Notes: generated from the sequence alone by a model not told the origin. A stretch of DNA of 32,000 bases from Pseudoalteromonas tetraodonis (GCF_002310835.1 NZ_CP011041.1:1110001-1142000), one strand, 5' to 3'. Shown: positions 8,700-18,357, counted from the stretch's first letter. Made by a program: numbers and translations.

Positions 8700-9644
8700 T
8701 TATTTTCTCACTAATTGCAGTTCCAGCGCAGTGGCTGCATCAAATGATAATAGGGTGAGTCCAGACTTTGTTAAGCGATTAATGCGCGCGCTAAATGCGT
8801 GCTCGGCATTTTTGGCAAATCGTTGTCTAAAGCTCTTGTCCATTAAGGGCAGGGCAAATTGCTGATTATTAGCACTGACGGTTACCGTTTGTTTAAAAGC
8901 AGGTAATTGATGTTCAAAGGGGTCGCTAATATGACACCCAATCAGTTCGCAATGACGCGCTAAAAGTTCAAGTTGCTTAAAGCTGGCGTCATCCAAGGCG
9001 TTAAAATCAGACACGATATAAACCAAACTACCGGGCTTAGCTAAGTGATTTAAACGTTTGAGGTTATCGCTAAAATTATTCGCGGCCGGCTTATCAATGT
9101 TCTCAAGAGCCAGCTGATGCGCATCGCATAAATTATGGCATAGTTTTAATACCGCTTTTTCACGAGCGCTGGGTTTTAGCTCTAAATGCGAGTGCTGATT
9201 AAACACAATACCGCCAATTCTGTCGCCACGCTGACACGCTGACCACGCAACTAAGGCGCTAATATGTGCCGCTTGCACCGATTTTAACAGTAATTGCGAG
9301 CCAAATAGCATTGAGTTTGAAAAGTCAGTAAACACAAATACCGGGCGCTCTTTTTCCTCTTGAAAAAGTTTAGTGTGGGTTTCGCCTGTGCGTGCGGTAA
9401 CGCGCCAATCAATAGAGCGTATATCGTCACCGTTTTGATAATGACGCACTTCGGCAAATTCCATACCCCGGCCTTTGTGGGGCGCAAGGTATTGCCCCGC
9501 CAAGGTGTTTTTTATTCTAACTTTAGGTGCCAGCTCAAGCAGTTGCGCTTTTGCTTTATAATACATCAGCTCTTTAAGCGATAAATTAACACCATGGCTA
9601 TGGCTTAATTTAAGCCATGCCTGAGAATCAACGTGTGTTTGCAT
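8700..9644 (-). CDS. DUF58-domain protein (MoxR-associated, VWA-like)
   Basis: The 314-aa ORF carries the DUF58 core motif G.EF.E.R.Y..GDD.R.IDW..TAR (GMEFAEVRHYQNGDDIRSIDWRVTAR). It starts 3 nt downstream of moxR. Confidence 0.85.
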   Translation of the reverse strand: MQTHVDSQAWLKLSHSHGVNLSLKELMYYKAKAQLLELAPKVRIKNTLAGQYLAPHKGRGMEFAEVRHYQNGDDIRSIDWRVTARTGETHTKLFQEEKERPVFVFTDFSNSMLFGSQLLLKSVQAAHISALVAWSACQRGDRIGGIVFNQHSHLELKPSAREKAVLKLCHNLCDAHQLALENIDKPAANNFSDNLKRLNHLAKPGSLVYIVSDFNALDDASFKQLELLARHCELIGCHISDPFEHQLPAFKQTVTVSANNQQFALPLMDKSFRQRFAKNAEHAFSARINRLTKSGLTLLSFDAATALELQLVRK

Positions 9645-9647
9645 AAC

Positions 9648-10604
9648 TTAAGGTACTGCGACTAGTTCAACAATACGGCTAATAACCTGATCTTTTGTAA
9701 TACCATCGGCCTGTGCTTCGTAACTTAAAATAATACGATGGCGCAATACATTATGTACAACAGCTTGTATATCATCAGGTGATACAAAATCACGGCCACT
9801 TAGCCACGCATGAGCGCGGGCACACTTATCAAGAGCGATAGTAGCGCGAGGGCTTGCGCCGTATTCAATCCAGCGGCCAAGTTGCTCATCTAAGTTTGCG
9901 CCTTCTCGAGTAGCAATAATCAATTGAACTAAGTACTGCTCTAATGGCTCGGCCAAATACAGACCTAAAATTGCTTTTCGCGCAGCAAACAAATCGGGTT
10001 GTGAAATTTGCTCAAGCACTGGGGCTTCATCATTAAGTGCTTCACCACGGGTCAAACGTAAAATATCAAGCTCATGCTCAGCACCTGGGTAATTAATACT
10101 TAGGTGCATTAAAAAACGGTCTAATTGCGCTTCTGGTAGCGGGTAAGTACCTTCTTGCTCAAGCGGATTTTGTGTTGCCATCACTAAAAACAGGTCACTG
10201 AGTGGATAGGTGTTTTTGCCCACCGTGACTTGGCGCTCGGCCATTGCTTCTAATAATGCCGATTGTACTTTTGCTGGTGCTCGGTTTATTTCGTCCGCTA
10301 AAATAAGGTTATGAAATAAAGGGCCTTTTTCAAACACAAACTCACTGGTTTGTTGGCGATAAATATCGGTGCCGGTCACATCGGCTGGTAATAAATCTGG
10401 GGTAAACTGAACACGCTGAAACGAGCCTTCAATACCTTTTGCTAAGGCATTAACAGCGCGTGTTTTTGCAAGCCCCGGTGGGCCTTCAACTAATAAATGA
10501 CCATCGGCTAAAATAGCAATTAATAGTGCTTGAGTGAGCGCAGGCTGGCCAATAATTTGGGTGTCTAAATACGTTTTTAATTGTGAAAATGCGTTAGCTG
10601 CCAT
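9648..10604 (-). CDS. moxR: MoxR-family AAA+ ATPase
   Basis: Walker A is present (GPPGLAKT), as is Walker B (LILADEINRA). The MoxR-type segments VMATQNP.E.EGTYPLPEAQLDRF and GASPRA are also present. Confidence 0.95.
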   Translation of the reverse strand: MAANAFSQLKTYLDTQIIGQPALTQALLIAILADGHLLVEGPPGLAKTRAVNALAKGIEGSFQRVQFTPDLLPADVTGTDIYRQQTSEFVFEKGPLFHNLILADEINRAPAKVQSALLEAMAERQVTVGKNTYPLSDLFLVMATQNPLEQEGTYPLPEAQLDRFLMHLSINYPGAEHELDILRLTRGEALNDEAPVLEQISQPDLFAARKAILGLYLAEPLEQYLVQLIIATREGANLDEQLGRWIEYGASPRATIALDKCARAHAWLSGRDFVSPDDIQAVVHNVLRHRIILSYEAQADGITKDQVISRIVELVAVP

Positions 10605-10900
10605 AATAAGTGGACTGTCCTCGTCAGCTTAAATAATACCTAAATTGGTTAGGTAACAAATACTGAGCTAGTTATAAGGTTTATAAGTGGATAACTCAAG
10701 AGTTAGACTGATTTTTTAAAAATAGTTCGTTATTTTTTAACGATTTTTTAGCCTAACATAAAACTTTGTAAAACCAGCTAAAAAAGCCTATTGTATTACC
10801 CTCATACAATGTATGTAGTGATTTACAATGGCGCTTTTGTATTAATTTACCTTTATCTATTGGCTTTATCACACGGGTTGTTTAGAATCGGAGAAAACAT

Positions 10901-10915
10901 ACAGGTCTGACCTGT
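10901..10915. promoter_or_regulatory. FadR-like operator (perfect 15-bp palindrome ACAGGTCTGACCTGT) 20 nt upstream of the fadI ATG
   Basis: It contains the GGTCnGACC core shared by E. coli FadR operators (for example fadBA ATCTGGTACGACCAGAT). It lies immediately 5' of the GGAGAG SD (10921-10926) of fadI. Confidence 0.45.
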
Positions 10916-10934
10916 CAGCGGGAGAGAATAATAA

Positions 10935-12245
10935 ATGTCTGAGCAAAACATACTTAAAACACCAAAAGGCGACCGTATTGCCATCGTAAGCGGCTTACGT
11001 ACTCCTTTTGCTAAGCAAGCGACTGCGTTCCACCATGTACCAGCGTTGGATATGGGTAAGTTAGTAGTTAATGAAATGCTTGAGCGATTAAATTTCGACA
11101 AGTCAGAAATCGATCAATTGGTTTTTGGGCAAGTAGTACAAATGCCAGAAGCGCCAAATATTGCGCGTGAAATTGTATTGGGTACTGGGATGCCAGTATC
11201 GGTTGATGCGTACTCTGTATCGCGTGCTTGTGCGACGAGTTTTCAAGCGATAGCAAACGTTGCCGAATCAATTATGGCAGGCTCTGTAAGCGTAGGTATT
11301 GCCGGTGGTGCCGATTCATCATCTGTATTGCCAATTGGTGTAAGTAAAAAATTAGCGGGTAGCTTAGTTGATTTAAACAAAGCACGTACGCTTGGTCAGC
11401 GTTTAAAAATATTCTCAAAACTACGTTTAAAAGATTTATTGCCAGTGCCGCCAGCGGTTGCTGAGTACTCAACGGGTTTATCAATGGGACAAACAGCCGA
11501 GCAAATGGCTAAAACCCATAACATTAGCCGTGAAGATCAAGATGCCTTAGCGCATCGTTCTCACTCACTGGCAACTCAAGCCTGGGCTGATGGCAAGCTT
11601 AAAGATGAAGTAATGACGGCTCATTTACCGCCTTATAAAAGCTTTATTGAAGAAGATAACAATATTCGTAAAAACTCAACGGTTGAAGGTTATGCCAAGC
11701 TTAAGCCGGTATTTGACCGTCAACACGGCTCAGTCACTGCAGCCAATGCAACCCCATTAACCGATGGCGCAGCCGCAGTGTTAATGATGAGCGAAAGCAA
11801 AGCAAAAGCATTGGGTTACGAAATTTTAGGCTACGTACGCAGTTTTGCGTTTTCAGCCATTGGCGTAGAAAAAGACATGCTAATGGGGCCGGCTCACTCA
11901 ACGCCTATCGCACTTGATAGAGCAGGTATTACGTTAGCCGATTTAGATCTAATTGAAATGCACGAAGCGTTTGCATCGCAAACCTTAGCGAATATGAAAA
12001 TGTTTGCTTCAGATAAATTTGCACAAGAGCACTTAGGGCGTAATAAAGCCATAGGTGAAATTAACATGGATAAGTTTAACGTGAACGGCGGCTCGCTTGC
12101 ATATGGTCATCCATTTGCGGCAACCGGCGCGCGTTTAATTACACAAAGTTTATACGAGCTTAAGCGTCGTGGCGGTGGTTTAGCGTTAACGACTGCCTGT
12201 GCTGCGGGTGGTTTAGGTGCAGCCTTTGTATTGGAGAGTGCGTAA
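10935..12245 (+). CDS. fadI: 3-ketoacyl-CoA thiolase FadI
   Basis: The 436-aa thiolase has the FadI-type N-terminus ([15 protein letters not shown]), the active-site context SRACATS, and C-terminal [17 protein letters not shown] and CAAGG. It is followed by fadJ with a TAATG overlap. Confidence 0.95.
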   Translation: MSEQNILKTPKGDRIAIVSGLRTPFAKQATAFHHVPALDMGKLVVNEMLERLNFDKSEIDQLVFGQVVQMPEAPNIAREIVLGTGMPVSVDAYSVSRACATSFQAIANVAESIMAGSVSVGIAGGADSSSVLPIGVSKKLAGSLVDLNKARTLGQRLKIFSKLRLKDLLPVPPAVAEYSTGLSMGQTAEQMAKTHNISREDQDALAHRSHSLATQAWADGKLKDEVMTAHLPPYKSFIEEDNNIRKNSTVEGYAKLKPVFDRQHGSVTAANATPLTDGAAAVLMMSESKAKALGYEILGYVRSFAFSAIGVEKDMLMGPAHSTPIALDRAGITLADLDLIEMHEAFASQTLANMKMFASDKFAQEHLGRNKAIGEINMDKFNVNGGSLAYGHPFAATGARLITQSLYELKRRGGGLALTTACAAGGLGAAFVLESA

Positions 12246-14437
12246 TGACAGATTCAGTATTTAATTTAACGGTTGATGATAACAAAATAGCCGTAGTGAC
12301 CATTGATGTGCCGGGTGAGAAAATGAATACCCTGCGAGATAGCTTTGCTGATGATTTAAAAGCATTATTAGCACAAGCTAAAGAGCACGCAGTTAAAGGT
12401 ATGGTATTTATTAGTGGTAAAAGCGATAACTTTATTGCTGGTGCCGATGTTAAAATGCTAGACAGCGTGCAAAAGCGTGAAGATGCATTAGCTATTAGCG
12501 AATTATGCCATCAAGCATTTTTTGATATGAAAAAGCTTCCGTACACCACAGTTAGTGCTATACATGGCGCAGCGCTTGGTGGCGGTTTAGAATTTGCTTT
12601 AGCCTGTGATTACCGCGTAGGTACAGATAGCGATTTAACTAAAATTGGTTTACCAGAAGTGCAACTTGGTTTATTACCTGGCGGTGGTGGTACACAGCGC
12701 TTAACTAAAATCGTGGGCATTCAAAAAGCCCTTGAGTGGATGCTAACCGGAAAACAAATTCGTCCTAAACAAGCTAAAAAAGCCGGTGTATTGGATGATT
12801 GTGTACCACAAAGCGTACTGCTAAAAGTGGCCAAAGAGTTTGCGGCGAAGAAAAAGCCACAAGCTAAAGAGCCTAAACTTGATAAGATCAGTAAGTTATT
12901 AGAATCAAACCCGTTTGGTCGTAACTTTATCTTTAAAAAAGCTAAAGAAAACGTTCTTAAAAAAACCGGTGGTCATTACCCTGCGCCGCTTGCAATTATT
13001 AAAGCGGTACGTGCAAGCGTAGAGCTTGATGAAATGAAAGCGTATAAAACCGAAGCAGAAGGTTTTGCCACATTGGTAATGAGTGATGAGTCTAAGGCGC
13101 TGCGCGGTATTTTCTTTGCAACCACTGAAATGAAAAAAGAATGGCGCAATGATGATGCTCCCGCGATTAGTAAAACTGCCGTGTTAGGTGGTGGCTTAAT
13201 GGGTGCAGGTATTGCCCATGTGAGTGCGGTCAAAGCTAAATTGCCGGTGCGAATTAAAGATGTGGCAGAGCAGGGCATAAGTAATGCCATGAACTACACA
13301 TACAAAATTTTAGATAAGCGTCTTAAACGCCGTATTATGTCTAAAGCCGATATGCAGTTAACCATGAACCGCATTACCGGCACTACCGATTACAGCGGTT
13401 TTAAACACATAGATTTAGTGATAGAAGCCGTATTTGAAGATTTAGAGCTTAAGCAAGGTATGGTTGCTGATGTAGAGCAGCATTGCCAAGCGAATACTAT
13501 TTTCGCAAGTAATACTTCGTCATTACCTATTTCGCAAATTGCAGCTAAAGCAGCGCGTCCTGAAAATGTAATTGGTTTACATTATTTCTCACCAGTAGAG
13601 AAAATGCCACTGGTAGAAATTATTCCTCACGAAGGCACCTCAAAAGAAACGATTGCTCGTGTAGTTAACTTTGCGCGTAAGCAAGGTAAAACGCCAATTG
13701 TGGTAAAAGATATGGCTGGTTTTTATGTTAACCGTATTTTAGCGCCATACCTGAATGAGGCGGCAAACTTAATGCTTGCCGGTGAGCCAATTGAAAAAAT
13801 TGACGCAGCCTTAGTTGAGTTTGGTTTTCCAGTAGGGCCGTTGGCACTGCTTGATGAAGTCGGTATTGATATTGGTTCTAAAATCGCGCCAATTCTTGAA
13901 AAAGAACTCGGTGAGCGTTTTAAAGGCCCAGATGCTTTCTCGCGCATGATTGATTCAAAACGCTTAGGCCGTAAAACGGGTCGTGGTTTTTATGAATACG
14001 ACAAGAAAGGCAAAAAGGTTGATGAGTCAGTCTATGAGCTACTAGGTGTAACCCCAGCTCCACGTTTAAATAAAAACGAAATTGCTAAGCGTTGTATCTC
14101 ACAAATGCTTAATGAGGCCGTTCGCTGTTTAGATGACGGTATTATTGCCAGCCCGCGTGATGGTGATATTGGTGCTATTTTTGGTATTGGTTTCCCACCG
14201 TTCTTAGGTGGCCCGTTTAGCTATATGGATAAATTAGGCGCAGGCAAAATAAGCTCTGATATGTCTACTCTGGCTAACAGCAACGCTATTTTTACACCTT
14301 GTGATACTTTACTTGCAATGGCTGACAAGGGCGATAAGTTTTACACAACAGCCGCTAATAAAGCTGAAGTGGAGTTAGCGCAAGGTGATGATAAATCAAC
14401 TGACACTCCAAATGAGACGACTGAACACAAAGATTAA
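12245..14437 (+). CDS. fadJ: Fatty-acid oxidation complex alpha subunit FadJ (enoyl-CoA hydratase / 3-hydroxyacyl-CoA dehydrogenase / epimerase)
   Basis: The N-terminal half is crotonase fold (FIAGADVKM, GAALGGGLEFALACDYR). The C-terminal half is a 3-HCDH Rossmann fold (VLGGGLMGAGIA). It sits directly downstream of fadI. Confidence 0.95.
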   Translation: MTDSVFNLTVDDNKIAVVTIDVPGEKMNTLRDSFADDLKALLAQAKEHAVKGMVFISGKSDNFIAGADVKMLDSVQKREDALAISELCHQAFFDMKKLPYTTVSAIHGAALGGGLEFALACDYRVGTDSDLTKIGLPEVQLGLLPGGGGTQRLTKIVGIQKALEWMLTGKQIRPKQAKKAGVLDDCVPQSVLLKVAKEFAAKKKPQAKEPKLDKISKLLESNPFGRNFIFKKAKENVLKKTGGHYPAPLAIIKAVRASVELDEMKAYKTEAEGFATLVMSDESKALRGIFFATTEMKKEWRNDDAPAISKTAVLGGGLMGAGIAHVSAVKAKLPVRIKDVAEQGISNAMNYTYKILDKRLKRRIMSKADMQLTMNRITGTTDYSGFKHIDLVIEAVFEDLELKQGMVADVEQHCQANTIFASNTSSLPISQIAAKAARPENVIGLHYFSPVEKMPLVEIIPHEGTSKETIARVVNFARKQGKTPIVVKDMAGFYVNRILAPYLNEAANLMLAGEPIEKIDAALVEFGFPVGPLALLDEVGIDIGSKIAPILEKELGERFKGPDAFSRMIDSKRLGRKTGRGFYEYDKKGKKVDESVYELLGVTPAPRLNKNEIAKRCISQMLNEAVRCLDDGIIASPRDGDIGAIFGIGFPPFLGGPFSYMDKLGAGKISSDMSTLANSNAIFTPCDTLLAMADKGDKFYTTAANKAEVELAQGDDKSTDTPNETTEHKD

Positions 14438-14453
14438 TGTTTTAAGTTAACGT

Positions 14454-14482
14454 AAAAAAGCCGCAAATTATGCGGCTTTTTT
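14454..14482. terminator. Bidirectional rho-independent terminator (fadJ / yjbR-like convergent pair)
   Basis: Sequence is AAAAAAGCCGCA-aatta-TGCGGCTTTTTT. It forms a perfect 12-bp stem that includes the A/T runs. Confidence 0.85.
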
Positions 14483-14547
14483 GTGTTCGATAATCAACAA
14501 TAATACTTAATCAATCGAATTGGTAAAAGTTGCGTCTGGACGCTTAT

Positions 14548-14934
14548 TTACAGTAACGCTTCAATGGCCTTTTTATCTTTATCAGGCATGTTGTCGACCA
14601 CCAAATTAAACGAGTTATCAATCATACGCTCAATTTCACCCTGTGGTACTGAGCCATCTAAAATCACGGTATTCCAAAGGCGTTTATTCATATGATAACC
14701 TGGAATAACGGCAGGGAAAATATCTCGTAATGATTGCGCCTCATCAGGATCGCACTTTAAGTTTAGCCACCAAATAGGTTCGCCATTTTCGTCGGTTTCA
14801 CCCTCATTGCTAAGTGCAAGAGTGGCAAACATTTTATGATTTACTTTATACACATCAACATCTTTAGCAAAAGGCTGGGTTAGTTTAACTAACGGCTTGT
14901 TCATTAAATAGGTATGTACAGTTTGTTGGTTCAT
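14548..14934 (-). CDS. MmcQ/YjbR-family (cyclophilin-like fold) DNA-binding protein
   Basis: The 128-aa ORF follows the YjbR pattern. It has the N-terminal Y...KP....QPF.....YKV..KMFA segment and C-terminal PGYHMNK..WNTV. Confidence 0.7.
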   Translation of the reverse strand: MNQQTVHTYLMNKPLVKLTQPFAKDVDVYKVNHKMFATLALSNEGETDENGEPIWWLNLKCDPDEAQSLRDIFPAVIPGYHMNKRLWNTVILDGSVPQGEIERMIDNSFNLVVDNMPDKDKKAIEALL

Positions 14935-15127
14935 GAGCCATTCCTTGAGGTCATAATCGATAACTTAACCATAGCAGCTTTTTGCCACTAGATAACACGA
15001 GTTTAAGTCTAAATTACAGATTTATGAGTCAGTACGAAGTAAGAAGCTAATCATATCACTTTATTGTTGAACAAAATCAGTTTCGTGGTATGTTTCTCGC
15101 AATCAAAAAAACAATAGGAATTCACCC

Positions 15128-15700
15128 ATGCCAAAGGCAAGTGATGTTAAAAAAGGGACGGCTATTGACTTTAATGGCCGTGTATTAGTAGTAAAAGATA
15201 TCGTACGTTCTGTACCACAAGGTCGTGCCGGTGGTAGTTTATACCGTATGCGTTTATACGATGTGGTCACGGGTAGCAAAGTTGACGAAACATTTAAAGA
15301 CAGCGACATGCTTAACCTTGCGGATTTAACCCGTCGTGAAGCGATGCTGTCGTACATTGATGGCGATGAGTATGTCTTTATGGATAACGAAGACTACACG
15401 CCTTACAACTTGGCTAAAGAGGCCATAGCTGAAGAGATTCAGTTTGTTAACGAAGAGACCCAAGGCGTGCATGTTATTGTGATTGATGGTGCGCCAGTTG
15501 GGCTTGATCTTCCTTCAAGTGTTGAGCTTGTAGTTGAGGAAACCGACCCTTCAATTAAAGGTGCTTCAGCCAGCGCGCGTTCAAAGCCTGCTCGTTTATC
15601 AACCGGCTTAACTATTCAAGTGCCAGAGCATATTTCTACGGGCGATCGCATCCGTATTAATACTGCAGAGCATAAGTTTATGGGCCGTGCTGACAAGTAA
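15128..15700 (+). CDS. yeiP: Elongation factor P-like protein YeiP (EfpL)
   Basis: The 190-aa ORF aligns along its length with E. coli YeiP. Shared segments are MP.A...KKG......G.LLVKDI, the loop [38 protein letters not shown] and YMGRAD. An AGGAA SD lies upstream. Confidence 0.9.
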   Translation: MPKASDVKKGTAIDFNGRVLVVKDIVRSVPQGRAGGSLYRMRLYDVVTGSKVDETFKDSDMLNLADLTRREAMLSYIDGDEYVFMDNEDYTPYNLAKEAIAEEIQFVNEETQGVHVIVIDGAPVGLDLPSSVELVVEETDPSIKGASASARSKPARLSTGLTIQVPEHISTGDRIRINTAEHKFMGRADK

Positions 15701-15723
15701 GCCGCTATAAATCTATGATGATT

Positions 15724-15753
15724 AGCCGAGTATTTAAGTTGCTCGGCTTTTTT
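15724..15753 (+). terminator. Rho-independent terminator after yeiP
   Basis: AGCCGAG (15724-30) pairs with CTCGGCT (15742-48). The loop is 11 nt and the hairpin is followed by TTTTTT. Confidence 0.7.
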
Positions 15754-15868
15754 GTGTCTGATTTGCCCCTCAAATTGATTCAGCATTATTGCTGATTAGC
15801 AGCATGCGTTGCTTCAAATTTAGCCAATTTAACGCTATTATACGCGCCTTATTTTTGAGCTGGTTGAG

Positions 15869-16069
15869 GTGGTGGTGTTATTTATTTTGCTTAGCGGTGT
15901 ATTTATAGCGCTTATGTATTTAGAAACCATTAAAAAGGGCATGCCTGTTAAACGCTGGTTATTTTTAGGTGGCGTATTTGGTCCTGTTGCTTGGTGCTTG
16001 TTTAATATACATTATCGACGTGCATTGATACGCAATATAGGTGTAAATGCGTGTCTATGGCGTGCTTAA
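15869..16069 (+). CDS. Hypothetical small two-TM membrane protein
   Basis: The 66-aa ORF has a GTG start and two hydrophobic segments (VVLFILLSGVFIALMYL; WLFLGGVFGPVAWCLF) separated by a basic loop. No family is assigned, so coding status is not proven. Confidence 0.35.
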   Translation: MVVLFILLSGVFIALMYLETIKKGMPVKRWLFLGGVFGPVAWCLFNIHYRRALIRNIGVNACLWRA

Positions 16070-18306
16070 CTGGTCGCTCTAATTAAACTGAGTTTTGATT
16101 GGCTTTGTTGTTGTTTTAAAAACGCAGTAAATTCATCTTTTGAGAGTGGTTTAGAGTAGTAATAACCCTGCAGTGTTTCACAGTTTAGCTCTTCAAGTAT
16201 GCTTATTTGCGACGCTTGCTCCACCCCTTCGGCAACTACATGCAAATCAAGGTTATGCGCAATAGTGACGATAGAGTCCACCATATTGCGGCCACGTTCA
16301 GTCTTCATATCATCGATAAAGGCTTTATCTACCTTAAGCGTATTGAGTGGAAACTGCTTTAAATACGCAAGTGATGAATAGCCGGTACCAAAGTCATCCA
16401 TTGCTAAGTGAATTCCACGGGCACTTAAAGAGCGCATAATCGCAATGGCTTCTTGTGGATCGTCCATTACGGTGCCTTCAGTTATCTCAAGCTCTAAAAA
16501 GTACGAGGGCAGTTCATTTTTTTGTAAAATCACATCTATGCGCGAGGTTAGATCGGGTAGGCTAAATTGTTTTGCTGATAAGTTAACAGCAACACGGGCA
16601 TTAAATAAGCCTGCATCTAACCACTGTTTTACATCGCGACAAGCTTTGTTTAAAACTACTTCACCAATTTCAATAATTTGCCCTGTTTCTTCGGCAATTG
16701 GAATAAATACCCCTGGGCTAATAACCCCCTTTTTCGGGGTAATAAAACGTACCAACGCTTCCATTCCAGCAAGCTTACCAGTACGAATATTCATTTTAGG
16801 CTGGTAATACACCTCAAAATGATCTTCTTTTAAGCCAAAGCGCATTAGGTTTTCTATTTGCAGTCGTTTTACTGCTTGGCGGTTCATGGTGTCATTAAAG
16901 AACAGGTAGCTATTGCCTTTCTTTTTAGCATGATACATCGCAGTATCGGCGTTCTTTAATAGTATTTCGGGGGTGTTACCATCTTCGGGGAACAACACTA
17001 TACCAACGCTTGAGGTGATAGCAAGTTCATGGCCTGCCATTTTAAATGGTGTAGCTATGGCCGCCAAAAACTGTTTAGCCATGCGAGTGATAGTGAGAAT
17101 ATCGTTGGTGTTTGACATAACTAGTGCAAATTCATCGCCGCCAAGGCGATAAAATACGTCATTTTCACGGGTGAGCTTATTTAAACGCATAGCAAGCTTT
17201 GCCAGTAAACTATCACCTAATTGATGGCCTAATGAGTCGTTTATCTTTTTAAAGTTATCTAAATCAAATACGAGTAATGCATGATGAGAATGCTGCTTTG
17301 CAAGTTTTTGTAAGTCAGAAAAAAACAAATTACGGTTGGGTAAGCTGGTGGTGCGATCTCGGTTTGATAAATTATTCAGTTCAGATTCGGTCTTTTTACG
17401 TTCGGTTAAATCTGAATACACCACCACATAATTGGTTATTTGATTTTGCGCGTTTTTAATTTCGTCTATTGATATTTCAAATGGCAGCAGAGCATGATCG
17501 CTATTGCGAAGCTTTACTTCTTCTTGAATATGTTCGTGCTTTCTAACGGTATTTTTTATGGATTCTATATAGCTTTTGTCGTAACCGGCTAAATGAAACT
17601 CTTTCTTTAGGTATTGCTCGCGTACGCCGCCAAACAAAGTTAAAAAGCTTGGATTAATATCCACAAGCCTAAAGTCTTTATCATAAATGGCCAGCGCATC
17701 AGTGAGTGACTCAACACATTTTGCAAATAAGTTAAGTCGATCTTCCGTTGATTTTAACTGCGAGATATCTCTGACTGTGCCAGTCATTCGCAGTGGGCTT
17801 AGGTTAGCGTCTTTTTCAATGATTTTTCCGCGGTCGAGCACCCAGTGCCATTTACCAAAGCTGTCTTTAATACGATAAGTTGCTTCAAAAAAAGTACTTT
17901 CTTCGGCAAAGTGTTTTTTTAGTAGGTAATCAACATGGGTTAAATCGCGGGGGTGGATCAAGCTTTTATTCGGTGGAAATTCTACTAGGTTATTACTATT
18001 CATCACGTATTTGTCATTGATACGAATAACTTTACCGGTTTTGATATTCCAATCCCATAGAGTATCACCACTGCCTTCTACGGTACTTTTTAATCGTTTT
18101 TCAGAAAGCTGTAATTGAGAGTGTGAACGCCTGAGTGAGTGAACAATCGTTAACAAATAAACCACAACTAACGACATTATTGCGCACACGCTCACGACCA
18201 GCGCATTTAAATTCAAGTTAAACGATGACTCGAATGCACTCGCTGAGTAGGCTGTGGCCAAAGAGGCCAACAATAGAATGTATTTTATTATTTTTATTTT
18301 TTTCAT
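16066..18306 (-). CDS. Membrane-anchored PAS-PAS-GGDEF-EAL c-di-GMP turnover protein
   Basis: GGDEF is intact (GGC GGC GAT GAA TTT at 17128-17142). EAL is intact (GAA GCG TTG at 16753-16761), along with the downstream DDFGTGYSS, KVDKAFI and EGVE motifs. Two PAS-like modules are present (LWDWNIKTGKV...; AIYDKDFRLVDINPSF...). I prefer the ATG at 18306 (MKKIKIIKYILLL...) over the TTG at 18354 given in the ORF track. Confidence 0.9.
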   Translation of the reverse strand: MKKIKIIKYILLLASLATAYSASAFESSFNLNLNALVVSVCAIMSLVVVYLLTIVHSLRRSHSQLQLSEKRLKSTVEGSGDTLWDWNIKTGKVIRINDKYVMNSNNLVEFPPNKSLIHPRDLTHVDYLLKKHFAEESTFFEATYRIKDSFGKWHWVLDRGKIIEKDANLSPLRMTGTVRDISQLKSTEDRLNLFAKCVESLTDALAIYDKDFRLVDINPSFLTLFGGVREQYLKKEFHLAGYDKSYIESIKNTVRKHEHIQEEVKLRNSDHALLPFEISIDEIKNAQNQITNYVVVYSDLTERKKTESELNNLSNRDRTTSLPNRNLFFSDLQKLAKQHSHHALLVFDLDNFKKINDSLGHQLGDSLLAKLAMRLNKLTRENDVFYRLGGDEFALVMSNTNDILTITRMAKQFLAAIATPFKMAGHELAITSSVGIVLFPEDGNTPEILLKNADTAMYHAKKKGNSYLFFNDTMNRQAVKRLQIENLMRFGLKEDHFEVYYQPKMNIRTGKLAGMEALVRFITPKKGVISPGVFIPIAEETGQIIEIGEVVLNKACRDVKQWLDAGLFNARVAVNLSAKQFSLPDLTSRIDVILQKNELPSYFLELEITEGTVMDDPQEAIAIMRSLSARGIHLAMDDFGTGYSSLAYLKQFPLNTLKVDKAFIDDMKTERGRNMVDSIVTIAHNLDLHVVAEGVEQASQISILEELNCETLQGYYYSKPLSKDEFTAFLKQQQSQSKLSLIRATS

Positions 18307-18357
18307 TGTCTTACTTCTTATTAACAAAAGACAATCTAAATCAAGCGCGAGCAAGAG

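Noticed and set aside
10853-11484. Minus-strand ORFs 10853-11101, 11068-11271 and 11272-11484 opposite fadI
   Set aside because: They overlap the confidently identified fadI coding frame, and their translations have no recognisable features.
14532-14543. GCGTC-tg-GACGC inverted repeat next to the yjbR-like stop codon
   Set aside because: The loop is too short for an RNA hairpin, and a single 5-bp inverted repeat is expected by chance. There is no supporting context.
18307-18354. TTG-initiated 16-codon extension of the GGDEF-EAL ORF
   Set aside because: A TTG start would almost abut the ptrA-like stop. The ATG at 18306 gives a typical MKK + hydrophobic N-terminus and has an AAGAAG/AGTAAG purine-rich stretch upstream.
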